Source: Myxococcales bacterium (GTDB lineage: Bacteria; Myxococcota; Myxococcia; Myxococcales; Anaeromyxobacteraceae). Taken from it: 64,000 nt of DNA. The stretch is from the NCBI GenBank assembly GCA_038320275.1, contig JBBQEB010000002.1:1-64000 (forward strand), in the 5' to 3' direction. Shown here in pieces: positions 9,298 through 19,732 of the stretch (the stretch's first letter is position 1; the number at the start of each line of letters is the position of its first letter). A program made the translations under genes and the position numbers. The notes under the pieces were generated by a model. That model worked only from the letters and a program-made list of their open reading frames with translations. It searched no databases and was not told where the DNA came from.

Positions 9298-10227
9298 TCA
9301 CCTCGGGCGTGACGGTCGCCACCAGCCCAGCTCCACGCGCGCGCCGTCGTACCCGCGCCAGGCCACCGGGCGGCGCGTTCCCTCCGGGCAGGGATGCCGC
9401 ACGAGACGCTCCCCGGCCTCGAGCTCCATCCCTCCGCACTCCGGACAACGGAAGCCGGCCGCGATCGCCCGGAGGTCGCCGGCGGAGAGCGGCTCCGGGC
9501 GTTCCAGGGGCGGGCCCGGCCGGGAGCCCAGCAGGCCGCGGGCGCGGTAAGCCTCCAGCTCCGCGATGTCCCCCGCCTCCCCCCCGGCGCCGCGCTCCCT
9601 CTCGGCCCGCTCCGCGGCCTGGCAGCGAGCGCAAGCGCCCATCCCGAGCGTCCGGGCCACCCGGAGGGCGCTCCAGCTCGGACCCTCTTCCTCCCAAGCC
9701 TCCCGCGCGTCGATCTCCAGGGCCGGAACGCCGAGCCGCGCCAGCGCCGCCTCCTTGTCCGGCTCGACCGCATGCGTGACCAGCACCTCCAGCGCGAGCG
9801 CGGGCACCCCGCCGCGGGTGACGAGCACGTCGCACCGCAGCGCGCCCAGCGCGCCCTCCGGCTCCGCCGCGTCTCCGAGCGCGGCCAGCTCGAGCGGCGC
9901 CTCGCGCCTGCAGGCGGGACAGCGCGCCCGCAGGGTCACCGACCGCCGTCCTGAGAAGGCCTCCGCGCAGAGAGAGAGGAGGCGCTCCTTGGCTCCGAGG
10001 TGGAGCGCGGTCTCGGGGCGGGTGAGCGGGCAGGCGGAGCCGGGACGGTGCGCGAAGTGGCGGGCGCGGATGGCGCCGAGCCGCGCGACGACCTCCTCGC
10101 CGCAGCCGGCACAGCGGAAAGGAGCGCGGGCGCGCCGGGCGGCGCGGTCGAGCTCGCGAACGTGCACGGGCGCCCCGTCACGGTCGAGCGCTCTCGCCAG
10201 CAGCACCGGGGTCGTTGCGCCCGTCAC
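9298..10227 (-). CDS. CoiA-like protein (zinc ribbon plus PD-(D/E)xK-like nuclease fold)
   Basis: CAGCGEEV...RHFAH...C...[14 protein letters not shown]...LALEV...H; additional CxxC pairs. Confidence 0.7.
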   Translation of the reverse strand: MTGATTPVLLARALDRDGAPVHVRELDRAARRARAPFRCAGCGEEVVARLGAIRARHFAHRPGSACPLTRPETALHLGAKERLLSLCAEAFSGRRSVTLRARCPACRREAPLELAALGDAAEPEGALGALRCDVLVTRGGVPALALEVLVTHAVEPDKEAALARLGVPALEIDAREAWEEEGPSWSALRVARTLGMGACARCQAAERAERERGAGGEAGDIAELEAYRARGLLGSRPGPPLERPEPLSAGDLRAIAAGFRCPECGGMELEAGERLVRHPCPEGTRRPVAWRGYDGARVELGWWRPSRPR

Positions 10228-10283
10228 CTCGCGCAGTCTAATACCTCGCGCGCGCCACGCCGGCGCCCGCGGAGGATCGACGC

Positions 10284-10742
10284 ATGTCGCTCGAAACTGG
10301 AATGAAGGCGCCTCCCTTCACGCTCCCCGACGAGGAGGGGCGGGAGGTGAAGCTCGCGAGCTTCCTGGGGAGGCGCGTGGTCGTGTTCTTCTACCCCAAG
10401 GCCGCCACCCCTGGTTGAACCCGCGAGGCCAACGACTTCCGTGACGAGGTCGATGCGTTCGAGAAGAAGGGCGTGGCGGTGCTCGGGATCTCCAAGGACC
10501 TCCCGGCGGCGCAGAAGAGGTTCAAGGAAGCGCAGGGGCTGCCGTTCCCGCTGCTCTCCGACCCGGACGCCGCCGTCCAGGAGGCCTGGGGCGTCTGGAA
10601 GGAGAAGAACATGTACGGCAAGACGAGCATGGGCGCCGAGCGGACGACGGTCATCGTCGGTCCGGACGGGAGGGTGGAGCGCGTGTTCGCCAAGGTGAAG
10701 GTGGACGGGCACGTGTCCGCAGTGCTGGGCGCGCTCTCTTGA
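10284..10742 (+). CDS. bcp: Bcp/PrxQ peroxiredoxin with selenocysteine at codon 45 (TGA 10416-10418)
   Basis: GGAGG RBS; MSLETGMKAPPFTLPD...VVFFYPKAATPG-U-TREANDFRD continues in frame into the 10473..10742 ORF. Confidence 0.88.
10433..10452 (+). promoter_or_regulatory. Candidate bacterial SECIS hairpin
   Basis: CGACUUC-CGUGAC-GAGGUCG, stem starting 14 nt after the UGA, G at loop position 2. Confidence 0.65.
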
Positions 10743-12127
10743 GCGCCGGCCGCCGCGCGCCGCGAGGGGGTCCGCAGCGCGCGAGGCCCCTCCGGCCCGA
10801 CCTCGTCGATGCGGCGGTGCTGGAAGTCTACGGCCTCGTGCGCGAGGGAGGCTGGCTCGCCGATCGCGCGCTGGAGCGCGTGCTGCGCCGGGAGGGGCGG
10901 CTCTACTCCAACGAGCGCCGCGCGGTGGCCGAGTCGGTGTACGGCCTCCTGCGCTCGCAGGGGCAGCTCGCGTGGCTCCTCGGCTCGAACGACGTGCTGG
11001 CGCGCGCGGGGAGCCGCACGGCTGGGCGCCGGTCGGCCCCCGAGCCGGCCACCCTGTACGCGCTCGGATTGGTGCGCTCGGGAGCGGCCACGGCCGAGGC
11101 TGCGGCGCGGCGGCTGGGCCTCCCCCCGGCCACGCTCCTCGCCGCCCTCGACCGCGCAGACGAGCGCATCGCGGCCCTGCGCGACCCCGCCGATCGCCTG
11201 GCGGTGCGGGCCTCGCTCCCGCGCTGGATCGCCGAGCGCTTCATCTCGGAGCTGGGCGAGGAGGAGGCGGGCGCCCTGGCGCGCGCCCTCAACGAGCGCG
11301 GGCCGCTCACCGTGCGCGCGAACCTTCTCGCCACCACCCGCGAGGCGCTGCAGGCGCGGCTCGCGCAGGAGGGCATGGAGGCGAGCCCCACCCGCGCTTC
11401 GCCGTGGGGGCTCGTCCTCGATGGGCACGAGAACGCCTTCTCGCTGCCCTCGTTCGAGGAGGGGCTGTTCGAGATCCAGGACGAGGGCAGCCAGCTCATC
11501 GCGCTCGCGGTGGGCGCTCGTCCCGGCCACAAGGTCGTCGACGCCTGCGCGGGCGCGGGGGGAAAGTCGCTCGCGCTGGCCGCGGAGATGCGGGGGAAGG
11601 GCTCGCTCTTCGCGCTCGACTCCGACGGTGGGCGGCTCTCGGAGGCGAAGCGCCGCGCCCGGCGGGCTGGCGTCCACAACCTCCGCGCGCGCGAGATCCC
11701 CGCGGGCCCCGAGGCGAGCGCGGCTCTCGCGGACCTCGCCGGCGCCTGCGACAGCGTCCTCGTCGACGCGCCCTGCAGCGGTCTCGGAGCCCTGCGTCGC
11801 AAGCCGGATGCGCGCTGGCGACTGCAGCCGGCCGATCCGGCGCGCTTCGCGGCGCTCCAGCGCGAGCTGCTCCTCCGCTTCGCGCCGCTGGTGAAGCCTG
11901 GTGGGCGCCTCGTGTACGCCACCTGCGCTGTCGGGCGCACCGAGAACGAGGACGTGGTGGCATCCGTGCTTCCGGAGCTGCCCGGGTTCGCTCCGCTCCC
12001 GCTTGCTTCAGCCCTTGGTGGGGCCCTGGCAGGGTCCCTCGGCGCGGTGGGGCCGACGCTTCGGCTCCTGCCCCATCGCCATGGTACAGATGGCTTTTTC
12101 GTGGCTTCGTTCACGCGCGCAGCCTGA
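10739..12127 (+). CDS. RsmB/NOP2-family SAM-dependent RNA m5C methyltransferase
   Basis: QDEGSQ, DACAGAGGKS, VLVDAPCSG and LVYATC motifs. Confidence 0.9.
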   Translation: MSAGRRAPRGGPQRARPLRPDLVDAAVLEVYGLVREGGWLADRALERVLRREGRLYSNERRAVAESVYGLLRSQGQLAWLLGSNDVLARAGSRTAGRRSAPEPATLYALGLVRSGAATAEAAARRLGLPPATLLAALDRADERIAALRDPADRLAVRASLPRWIAERFISELGEEEAGALARALNERGPLTVRANLLATTREALQARLAQEGMEASPTRASPWGLVLDGHENAFSLPSFEEGLFEIQDEGSQLIALAVGARPGHKVVDACAGAGGKSLALAAEMRGKGSLFALDSDGGRLSEAKRRARRAGVHNLRAREIPAGPEASAALADLAGACDSVLVDAPCSGLGALRRKPDARWRLQPADPARFAALQRELLLRFAPLVKPGGRLVYATCAVGRTENEDVVASVLPELPGFAPLPLASALGGALAGSLGAVGPTLRLLPHRHGTDGFFVASFTRAA

Positions 12128-12258
12128 AATTCCCACGCACTTTCGCATACATCCGCACCGGAGCGCTCGCTTGGGCGGCTGCTGCGCCTGCAGGAGGCGT
12201 GCGTCTAGGATGGGTCAGCTGGGGGTCGCTCCTTGGAAGGGCCCGCCTGCTCCACCGC

Positions 12259-14157
12259 ATGCTGACCGCCACCCTGCTTCTCCCGGCGCTCCTCGCCTTC
12301 GGCGAGACGCCGTCCTTCCCGGCGCTCACCGCCCCTCCGGACCTGCTTCGCCCGGATCCCTGCAATCAGCTTCAGACCCTGGAGGACGGCCGCTGCGGTG
12401 AGCAGCCGCTCTGCTCGCGCCGGCAGCGGGTGCAGCTCGCCTGCGAGCTGCGCGACGCGCTCGAGAAGCGGTACGTCTTCTACCCGGTCAAGGGCCGGAT
12501 GCTGATGCGCGGGGGCCCCGGTGAGCTGTTCGACTCCGGCGATCACCTCGACGCCTGCGTCGCCGAGGAGCGGTCCATCGACCGAGAGTTCGATCCGCTC
12601 CGCTTCTACGATCGGATGCGGCGGTGCACGGCCGGGTTCGCCGACGGACACCTCCTGCTCGGCGCGCCGGCGCGTCTCCCGCAGGTCGCCCTCGGTATCG
12701 GGCTCCGCCTCGTCGAGGGGCGGGTGTACATCGCCAACCGCGAGCGGAAGCTCGTCTCCTATCTCAAGACCGTCTCGGGCGTGCGCGATCTCGAGGGGCT
12801 CCTCGCGGTGGGAAACGAGGTGGTGGAGCTGAACGGCAGGCCGGTGCGCGAGGTCCTGACCCGCCTCGCGCAGTACATCCCGGCGAGCTCCGACGCCGCC
12901 CGGCTGGAGCGCGCCGCCGACGCGCTCACCCGCCGCGACTTCGCCTATCCCGACCGCGCGACGGCGGCGGTGACGGTGGTGGTAGGCAGCGGCCGGCGCA
13001 CGCTGGAGCTGCCGTGGTGGATCTCTCCCGACGCCGAGTCGCACGTCATGACCGCCGCGTACGTGCGCCGCATCGGCCTCGCCACCACCGACCTGTTGAC
13101 CTGGCGCTACGACCAGGCGCGCGACACGTGGGACCGCGAACCGGGCTCCGCGCAGGGGTACCTGCGCACCGACACCGTCCTGCCCCCTCGCGACGCGGCC
13201 TCCCTGCGCGAGTACACGGACGACCAGGATCGCTCCGCGGTGCGCCTGGGCGAGGTGGTGCGCCGCAGGGATCGCGCCTTCTGCTACATGCAGATCCTCA
13301 CCTTTCACACGGAGTGGCTCTCCTCGCGCGACGGCCGGCAGTCCTTCGCGGAGGTGGCGGACGGCTTCGTGCGCGAGTGCAAGGAGAAGGACCTCGACCT
13401 GGTGCTCGACCTGCGCCAGAACGAGGGCGGCTACCTGGCCCACACCAGCACCCTCTTCGCGACCCTGTCCGAGCGGAAGGGCTCCTATCCGGGCGGCGCG
13501 CTCATCCTGCGCGCCAACACGCTCAACCAGCTCATCTACCAGCAGCGCGCCCCCACGCTGGGCGGCGTGCCCGCGCGCACGGCCGACGACGCGTTCGAGC
13601 CGCGCCGCATCGCCGACGCCATCGGGGCGGCGAAGCGCGCGCGGCAGGACTTCACCCCCGCCTTCCTGGAGGGCCCGGTGCGCGCCAGCTCCGCCGTCGG
13701 CGGCTACGAAGGGCGGGTGGTGGCGCTCATCGCCCCCACCTGCATGAGCGCCTGCGACCGGCTGGTCGCGCTCCTGCGCAGCTCGCGGCGGGCGCTGCTG
13801 GTGGGCTCGCCCACCGAGGGCGCCGGCGGAAGCCAACAGGAAGCCCGCAACCTGGCAGTGCGCTGGTCGGATCCCGAGGGGCTGCTCTCCGTCTCGATCC
13901 CCAACGCGGCCATGGGCGTGCAGCGGAGCGTCCCCGGCCCCGGCGAGCGCAAGGACCAGCGCACCTCGGCGGAGTTCTTCGAGGCGCTGACGTTCGAGAA
14001 CCGGCCCACCTCGCCCGACGTGCCGTACGCCACGACGCTCACCGACCTCGAGGAGCACAATCGCGGCTGGATGCAGCAGGTGGACGAGTCGCTGTTCGGC
14101 GCGCGGGTGAGCGGCCCGGCGCTGGCGGCGGGCACGGCGGGCGCGGCGGGGAACTGA
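12259..14157 (+). CDS. Secreted S41-family peptidase-like protein
   Basis: Hydrophobic N-terminus, PDZ-like GNEVVELNG, LVLDLRQNEGG, CMSACD, LVGSPTEGAGG. Confidence 0.7.
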   Translation: MLTATLLLPALLAFGETPSFPALTAPPDLLRPDPCNQLQTLEDGRCGEQPLCSRRQRVQLACELRDALEKRYVFYPVKGRMLMRGGPGELFDSGDHLDACVAEERSIDREFDPLRFYDRMRRCTAGFADGHLLLGAPARLPQVALGIGLRLVEGRVYIANRERKLVSYLKTVSGVRDLEGLLAVGNEVVELNGRPVREVLTRLAQYIPASSDAARLERAADALTRRDFAYPDRATAAVTVVVGSGRRTLELPWWISPDAESHVMTAAYVRRIGLATTDLLTWRYDQARDTWDREPGSAQGYLRTDTVLPPRDAASLREYTDDQDRSAVRLGEVVRRRDRAFCYMQILTFHTEWLSSRDGRQSFAEVADGFVRECKEKDLDLVLDLRQNEGGYLAHTSTLFATLSERKGSYPGGALILRANTLNQLIYQQRAPTLGGVPARTADDAFEPRRIADAIGAAKRARQDFTPAFLEGPVRASSAVGGYEGRVVALIAPTCMSACDRLVALLRSSRRALLVGSPTEGAGGSQQEARNLAVRWSDPEGLLSVSIPNAAMGVQRSVPGPGERKDQRTSAEFFEALTFENRPTSPDVPYATTLTDLEEHNRGWMQQVDESLFGARVSGPALAAGTAGAAGN

Positions 14158-14310
14158 GCGCGCCGGGGGCTGGCCCGGGATCGCCGCGGTTCGCCGGCAC
14201 GTCCGGCGCCTGGCTCGGGCGACGCCGGCGCGTCTTTCGGGCGGAGGATCCTGCGAGCGCGTGCCGCTTCGCCCATCGACTTGGATGAGGCGCGGCGCTA
14301 GCTCTCCACC

Positions 14311-15141
14311 ATGCCCGAGCTGCCCGAGGTCGAGGTCGCGGCGCGCAACCTCAGGGCGTGGGCGCTCGGGCGGCGCATCGTCGAGGCGGAGATCGATGCT
14401 GCCGGACGCCGCATCGTCCGGCCCGAGGAGCCGGCGGCGGTCGCGAAGGCGCTCCGGGGCCGGGAACTGGTGGAGGTCCGGCGCGTCGGCAAGCAGATTC
14501 TCCTGCGGCTGGAGGGCAGGGGCGGGCCGCTCGGCGTCATCTCCCACCTCGGGATGACGGGCAAATGGCTGCGCCGCGAAGGTGACGAGCCGCCGCCCAG
14601 CCATTCCCGCGCGCGGCTCGCGCTGGAGGACGGCGTCACCCTGCACTACCGCGATCCGCGCCTCTTCGGGAGGCTGCGCCTCGTGCCCGGGGCGCGCTTC
14701 GAGGACGTGCCCGAGGTGGCGGGGCTCGGGCCCGACTTCCTGGAGAGCGGCATCGACGAGGCGCGGCTACGGACCGCGCTGGCGAGGCGGCGCGTTCCGG
14801 TGAAGGTGGTGCTGCTCGACCAGGCGCTCCTGCCCGGGGTGGGGAACATCCAGGCCAGCGAGGCGCTCTTCCGCGCCCGCATCGACCCGCGCCGTCGCGC
14901 CGACGCGCTCACCCGCGCCGAGGTGAAGCGCATCGCGGCGGCCATCCTGGCGTCCGTTCGGGAGACCATCGCGCGGGAGGAGGGGCCGGAGCCGAGCTAC
15001 GTGGAGGAGCCCGGCAGCGAGAACCCGTTCCAGGTGTACGGACGCGAGGGCGAGCCCTGCCCGCGCTGCCGCAAGGGACGGCTCCTGCGCGAGGTGCAGG
15101 GCCAGCGATCGACCTTCTTCTGCCCGCGGTGCCAGCGGTGA
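14311..15141 (+). CDS. mutM: Formamidopyrimidine-DNA glycosylase
   Basis: [19 protein letters not shown] and C-terminal CPRC...FFCPRCQ zinc finger. Confidence 0.95.
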   Translation: MPELPEVEVAARNLRAWALGRRIVEAEIDAAGRRIVRPEEPAAVAKALRGRELVEVRRVGKQILLRLEGRGGPLGVISHLGMTGKWLRREGDEPPPSHSRARLALEDGVTLHYRDPRLFGRLRLVPGARFEDVPEVAGLGPDFLESGIDEARLRTALARRRVPVKVVLLDQALLPGVGNIQASEALFRARIDPRRRADALTRAEVKRIAAAILASVRETIAREEGPEPSYVEEPGSENPFQVYGREGEPCPRCRKGRLLREVQGQRSTFFCPRCQR

Positions 15142-15211
15142 CGCGCGCGCCTCGCGCGGGGCTGGGGCTCCGTTGCCGCCCCTCGCGGCGCCGTGCTACG
15201 AGCGAGGCAGG

Positions 15212-16075
15212 ATGATGAGCTCCGACGACATCGCGCGCATGAGCGTCTCGGAGCTGCGGGCGGCCTTCGTGGAGGGCGGCCGGGCACTTCCGGCGGAGTG
15301 CGAGGCGGCCCTCCGGAACGACGTCCGGGCGGGCGCGCGCGGCGTGCTCGAGCGCGTGCTGCGGCGCCGCCGGGAGAACCGGGCCGAGGGACAGCGGATG
15401 CGGCACCTGCTGCGCTACGAGAGCGCCCTCTGGGATCGCGGTGTGACGCGCATCGCCGGGGTGGACGAGGCCGGGATGGCGCCGCTGGCTGGACCCGTGG
15501 TGGCGGCGGCGGTGGTGCTGCCGCGGGACTTCCGCCCTCGCGGCATCGACGACTCGAAGCAGGTGGATGCTGCGGGCCGGGCCCGGCTCGCGGTCGAGAT
15601 CAAGGCGGCGGCGGTGTGCTGGGCGCTCGGCATCGCGACCGTCGAGGACGTCGATCGGGTGAACATCTACCACGCAGGGCTGCTCGCCATGCGGCGCGCC
15701 ATCGAGGGGCTGGCCGAGCCGCCAGAGCACATCCTCCTCGATGCGCGCCGGGTGCGCGAGGTGCCCATCCCGCAGGACGGGATCGTCCACGGCGACGCGC
15801 TCAGCCTCACCATCGCCGCCGCCAGCATCCTCGCCAAGACGGCGCGCGACGCCATGATGGAGCGCTACGACGCCGAGCACCCCGGTTACGGGTTCGCGCG
15901 GCACAAGGGCTATCCGACGGCCGAGCACTTCGCGGCCCTGGACCGGCTCGGCGCCTGCTCGCTGCACCGCCGCTCGTTCGCGCCGGTGCGCGCAGCGCTC
16001 GGGCTCGACCCGATACAGACCAGCCTCTTCCCGCAGGCGGAGCCGGACCGCGCCGAACCGTGCGGTCGAATCTAG
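15212..16075 (+). CDS. rnhB: Ribonuclease HII
   Basis: [41 protein letters not shown]. Confidence 0.95.
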   Translation: MMSSDDIARMSVSELRAAFVEGGRALPAECEAALRNDVRAGARGVLERVLRRRRENRAEGQRMRHLLRYESALWDRGVTRIAGVDEAGMAPLAGPVVAAAVVLPRDFRPRGIDDSKQVDAAGRARLAVEIKAAAVCWALGIATVEDVDRVNIYHAGLLAMRRAIEGLAEPPEHILLDARRVREVPIPQDGIVHGDALSLTIAAASILAKTARDAMMERYDAEHPGYGFARHKGYPTAEHFAALDRLGACSLHRRSFAPVRAALGLDPIQTSLFPQAEPDRAEPCGRI

Positions 16076-16089
16076 GCGAGCCGCGGCGG

Positions 16090-16296
16090 ATGGCCTCGAC
16101 GCTCCTCGTCCTCTTCGGCGTCGTCTCCTCGCTGCTCCTCATCGGGGCGGGCCTGCACCGGGCCGCGACGCGGAATTACCGGGACAGGGCGGGGAACGTG
16201 CACCAGGGCGCCGCCGCGGTGAGGGCCGGCCTGGTGGTGGCGCTGGTGGGCCTGTGCGAGCTCGCGCTCACCGTGTATCTCGGCATGACGGGATGA
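16090..16296 (+). CDS. Small two-TM hypothetical membrane protein
   Basis: MASTLLVLFGVVSSLLLIGAG...AGLVVALVGLCELALTVYLG. Confidence 0.55.
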   Translation: MASTLLVLFGVVSSLLLIGAGLHRAATRNYRDRAGNVHQGAAAVRAGLVVALVGLCELALTVYLGMTG

Positions 16297-16401
16297 CGGA
16301 GGGGGGAAAGGCGGCCCCCAGCGATCGCAGATTGCGGTCGCGGTCGGGGTCGCATCGCGTCCCCTCAGCTCCCGCGACGACCTTCCCCTTCCGGCCCCCG
16401 T

Positions 16402-16430
16402 TTGACGCGGGAGATCCCGGGGGCTACAAC
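16402..16430 (+). promoter_or_regulatory. Putative pcnB promoter
   Basis: TTGACG-N17-TACAAC. Confidence 0.55.
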
Positions 16431-16515
16431 GATCCTCGAGGACGCCCGACGGTGAAGGCGCGTCCGGCAGGGGCGGAATCGACCGCCCGCCGGCGCCCCC
16501 CGATCCGGCCCCCGG

Positions 16516-18078
16516 ATGACAGAACCGCATCGCTCCCGCCTTTCGCCCCCCTCCGCCGAGCCCCGCACCACCACGTCCGATCCCCAGCCGTCCCGAGCGC
16601 CCCGGCGCGATCGCGATGGCCGCGAGCGCGGCCGCGGGCGTTCCAACGAAGCGCCCCGCGGGGTCGCGCTCGACGTGCCGATGCCGTCCCCGGCCCACGC
16701 GCCGGAGATCCCGGAGGACCGCCTCGACGCGGACGCGCTCCACACGGTGGCGCGGCTGCGCCATGCCGGGCACCAGGCGTTCTTCGTCGGCGGCTGCGTC
16801 CGGGACCTCCTGCTCGGGCGCCTCCCCAAGGACTTCGACCTCGCCACCAGCGCCCACCCGGGCGAGGTCCGCGCCACCTTCCGCAACTGCCGCCTCATCG
16901 GGCGCCGCTTCCGGCTCGCGCACGTCTTCTTCCGCGGCGGCAAGGTGGTGGAGGTCGCCACCTTCAGGAAGAGCCCGGTGGACGTGGTGGAGGACGGCGC
17001 CGAGGAGAGCGATCTCCTCATCACGCGCGCCAACGTCTTTGGCACGGCCGTGGAGGACGCCCGGCGCCGCGACTTCACCGTGAACGGCCTCTTCTACGAC
17101 CCGTTCGCGGGCGAGGTCATCGACTTCGTGGGGGGCCGCGCCGACCTCGAGGCCCACCGGATGTCGACCATCGGTGAACCCGAGATCCGCATGCGTGAGG
17201 ACCCGGTGCGTGCCCTGCGCGCCGTCCGCTTCGCGGCCCGGCTCGGGTTCACCATCGAGCCCGAGACGTTCGCGGCGATGCGCCGCCACGCCGCCGAGAT
17301 CGGCCGCTGCGCGCCGCCGCGTCTCCTCGAGGAGACGTTCAAGATCCTGCGCTGCGGCGCCTCCGCCCGGGGCTTCGAGCTCCTGCGCACCTGCGGCGCG
17401 CTCCCGCTGCTCCTCCCGCCGCTGGCAGCGTTCCTCGACCGCTCGGGCGATCCCGCGCGCCGCCGGTTCGCCGCCCACCTCGCCGCGCTGGACGAGCACG
17501 TGGGATCGGGCAACGTCCCCGACGAGGCGGTGCTCCTCGGCGTCCTCCTCACGCACCTGCCGCAGGGGGAAACCGGTGCCGGCCCCGGCGAGCGCGACGC
17601 GCTCCTGTCCGAGTTGGTGGCAACCGCCCGGCTGCCGAAGCGCATCGCCGAGGGGGCGCGCCTCGCGCTGGCCGCTCAGCGCACGCTGCGCGGGACGACG
17701 CGCCGGCGGCGCCGCGGGCCGGCGGGCCAGGCCTCGCTCTCCGATGCGCTGCTCCTCATGGAGCTGTCCGTGAAGGCGACCGGCGAGGGCGTGGAGGCTC
17801 TGGCCCGCTCGCGCGCCGAGAGCGCCGCCCAGGGCGAGGCGGGCAGCCCGGTGGACCCGGACGACGCGGTGGAGGCGGAGGAGCCTGACCGCGAGGCCGC
17901 TCCTCCGCGCAAGGCGTCGTCTCCCAGGATCCACGAGGTCGCCGCGTTCACCGAGCGCAGCGCAGCGGCTCCGTCGCCCGGGGATGCCGCCGAGGGGGCC
18001 GCTTCCAAGCGGCGCAGGCGCGGTGGCCGCCGCCGGCGCAGGCGCGGTGGCGCGGACGCCGAACCCTCCGGAAGCTGA
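16516..18078 (+). CDS. pcnB: Poly(A) polymerase I
   Basis: VGGCVRDLLLG..PKDFD, PAP signature LIGRRFRLAHV, RRDFTVN, EDPVRALRAVRF. Confidence 0.9.
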   Translation: MTEPHRSRLSPPSAEPRTTTSDPQPSRAPRRDRDGRERGRGRSNEAPRGVALDVPMPSPAHAPEIPEDRLDADALHTVARLRHAGHQAFFVGGCVRDLLLGRLPKDFDLATSAHPGEVRATFRNCRLIGRRFRLAHVFFRGGKVVEVATFRKSPVDVVEDGAEESDLLITRANVFGTAVEDARRRDFTVNGLFYDPFAGEVIDFVGGRADLEAHRMSTIGEPEIRMREDPVRALRAVRFAARLGFTIEPETFAAMRRHAAEIGRCAPPRLLEETFKILRCGASARGFELLRTCGALPLLLPPLAAFLDRSGDPARRRFAAHLAALDEHVGSGNVPDEAVLLGVLLTHLPQGETGAGPGERDALLSELVATARLPKRIAEGARLALAAQRTLRGTTRRRRRGPAGQASLSDALLLMELSVKATGEGVEALARSRAESAAQGEAGSPVDPDDAVEAEEPDREAAPPRKASSPRIHEVAAFTERSAAAPSPGDAAEGAASKRRRRGGRRRRRRGGADAEPSGS

Positions 18079-18129
18079 TCGCGAGTCCGGAGGCCGCGAC
18101 TGAGGGCCCGCGCCTGCGCGGACCTCGCC

Positions 18130-18158
18130 TTGACCCTGCCCGCGCCCTTCTGTAGAAG
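18130..18158 (+). promoter_or_regulatory. Putative pyrH promoter (leaderless geometry)
   Basis: TTGACC-N17-TAGAAG ending 8 nt before the ATG; no SD. Confidence 0.55.
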
Positions 18159-18166
18159 CGCCGAAC

Positions 18167-18940
18167 ATGCCCTCCGAGCGACCCGACAAGCAGAAGCCGC
18201 GCTACAAGCGGATCCTCCTCAAGCTTTCGGGTGAGGCGCTCATGGGGGACGGAACCTACGGGATCTCTCCCAAGACGCTCGTCTCCATCGCTCAGGAGGT
18301 GAAGGACGTGGTGGAACTGGGGGTGGAGGTCGCGCTCACCACGGGGGGCGGCAACATCTTCCGCGGCGTCTCCGGTGCGACCGAGGGCATGGATCGCTCC
18401 AGCGCCGACTACATGGGGATGCTCGCCACCGTCATCAATTCCATGGCGCTGCAGGACGCGCTGGAGAAGCTCGGCGCGCAGACGCGCGTGCAGTCGGCCA
18501 TCGAGATGCACCAGGTGGCCGAGCCGTACATCCGGCGCCGCGCCATCCGTCACCTCGAGAAGGGGCGGGTGGTCATCTTCGCCGCGGGCACCGGCAACCC
18601 GTACTTCACCACCGACACGGCCGCATCGCTGCGCGCCATGGAGATCCACGCGGACGTGCTCCTCAAGGCCACCAAGGTGGACGGCGTCTACTCCGACGAC
18701 CCCAAGAAGAACCCGCAGGCCACCAAGTTCAAGAACCTTTCCTACATCGACGTCCTGAAGAAGAACCTGAAGGTGATGGACTCCACCGCCATCAGCCTCT
18801 GCATGGACAACGAGCTGCCCATCGTGGTCTTCGACCTCACCCGCCGCGGCAACATCCGCCGCGTGGTCATGGGAGAGGAGATCGGGACGACGGTGGGAAA
18901 GGGCCACACCCGCTCTGTGGGTGAATCACACGGAAGGTGA
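18167..18940 (+). CDS. pyrH: UMP kinase
   Basis: [30 protein letters not shown]. Confidence 0.97.
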   Translation: MPSERPDKQKPRYKRILLKLSGEALMGDGTYGISPKTLVSIAQEVKDVVELGVEVALTTGGGNIFRGVSGATEGMDRSSADYMGMLATVINSMALQDALEKLGAQTRVQSAIEMHQVAEPYIRRRAIRHLEKGRVVIFAAGTGNPYFTTDTAASLRAMEIHADVLLKATKVDGVYSDDPKKNPQATKFKNLSYIDVLKKNLKVMDSTAISLCMDNELPIVVFDLTRRGNIRRVVMGEEIGTTVGKGHTRSVGESHGR

Positions 18941-18943
18941 ACC

Positions 18944-19507
18944 ATGGGCGTCGCCGAGGACATCCTGCAGGACCAGCATGCGCGCATCGCGAAGACGCTG
19001 GACCACTTTCGCCAGGAGCTCATGGGCGTGCGCACCGGGCGCGCGTCCCTGCACCTGCTCGACAACGTCCGGGTGGACTACTACGGGACGCCCACGCCGC
19101 TCAACCAGGTGGCCACGCTGGCGGTGGCCGACGCGCGGCTCCTCACGGTGAAGCCCTGGGAGAAGAACCTCATCCCGGTCATCGACAAGGCCATCCGGGA
19201 CGCGAACTTGGGAGTGAATCCCATGAGCGACAAGGATCTGGTGAGGGTGCCCATCCCGCCGCTCACCGAGGAGCGCCGCCGGGAGATCGTGAAGGGCGTC
19301 AAGCACAAGGGTGAGGAGCAGAAGCTCGCCATCCGCAACGAGCGCCGCGACGCGAAGGAGCTGATCGAGGCGGCGGAGAAGGACGGCGACCTCTCCGCCG
19401 ACGACGCGGAGAAGGCGATGGAGAAGGTGCAGAAGGAGACCGACGAGGGCGTGAAGCGCGTCGATGAGCTGGTGGCGTCGAAGGAAAAGGAAGTGATGAC
19501 GCTTTGA
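18944..19507 (+). CDS. frr: Ribosome recycling factor
   Basis: RTGRAS, VDYYG, IPPLTEERR. Confidence 0.97.
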   Translation: MGVAEDILQDQHARIAKTLDHFRQELMGVRTGRASLHLLDNVRVDYYGTPTPLNQVATLAVADARLLTVKPWEKNLIPVIDKAIRDANLGVNPMSDKDLVRVPIPPLTEERRREIVKGVKHKGEEQKLAIRNERRDAKELIEAAEKDGDLSADDAEKAMEKVQKETDEGVKRVDELVASKEKEVMTL

Positions 19508-19698
19508 GCGCGCCCAGCGCGCTGCGCGTCTACCTGCCCCTGCTTCTGCTGGGCGTGGCTGCCGGGCTCGTGCATCGGGTCGCCCGAAACCGCCCGGAGG
19601 CCACGCACCGGCGCTTCTTCGACATCCTCTGGATCCTGATGATCCTGGCTGGCGCGCCGCTCTGGCTGTTCGCCGCCGCGGCGCTCGGCTGGCTGTAG
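19504..19698 (+). CDS. Small two-TM hypothetical protein
   Basis: Overlaps the frr stop by 4 nt; two hydrophobic segments. Confidence 0.55.
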   Translation: MSAPSALRVYLPLLLLGVAAGLVHRVARNRPEATHRRFFDILWILMILAGAPLWLFAAAALGWL

Positions 19699-19732
19699 CG
19701 GTCGCGCCGCGAGGCGCGAACCGGCCCAGCTC

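Noticed and set aside
7299..9773. 824-aa ORF suggesting a giant EF-Ts fusion
   Set aside because: The upstream part is an alternative frame of rpsB; the real start is GTG 7961 with an RBS.
10416..10418. bcp as a nonsense pseudogene
   Set aside because: The stop is UGA exactly at the catalytic Cys, both halves are intact and a SECIS-like hairpin follows, so Sec is the more parsimonious reading.
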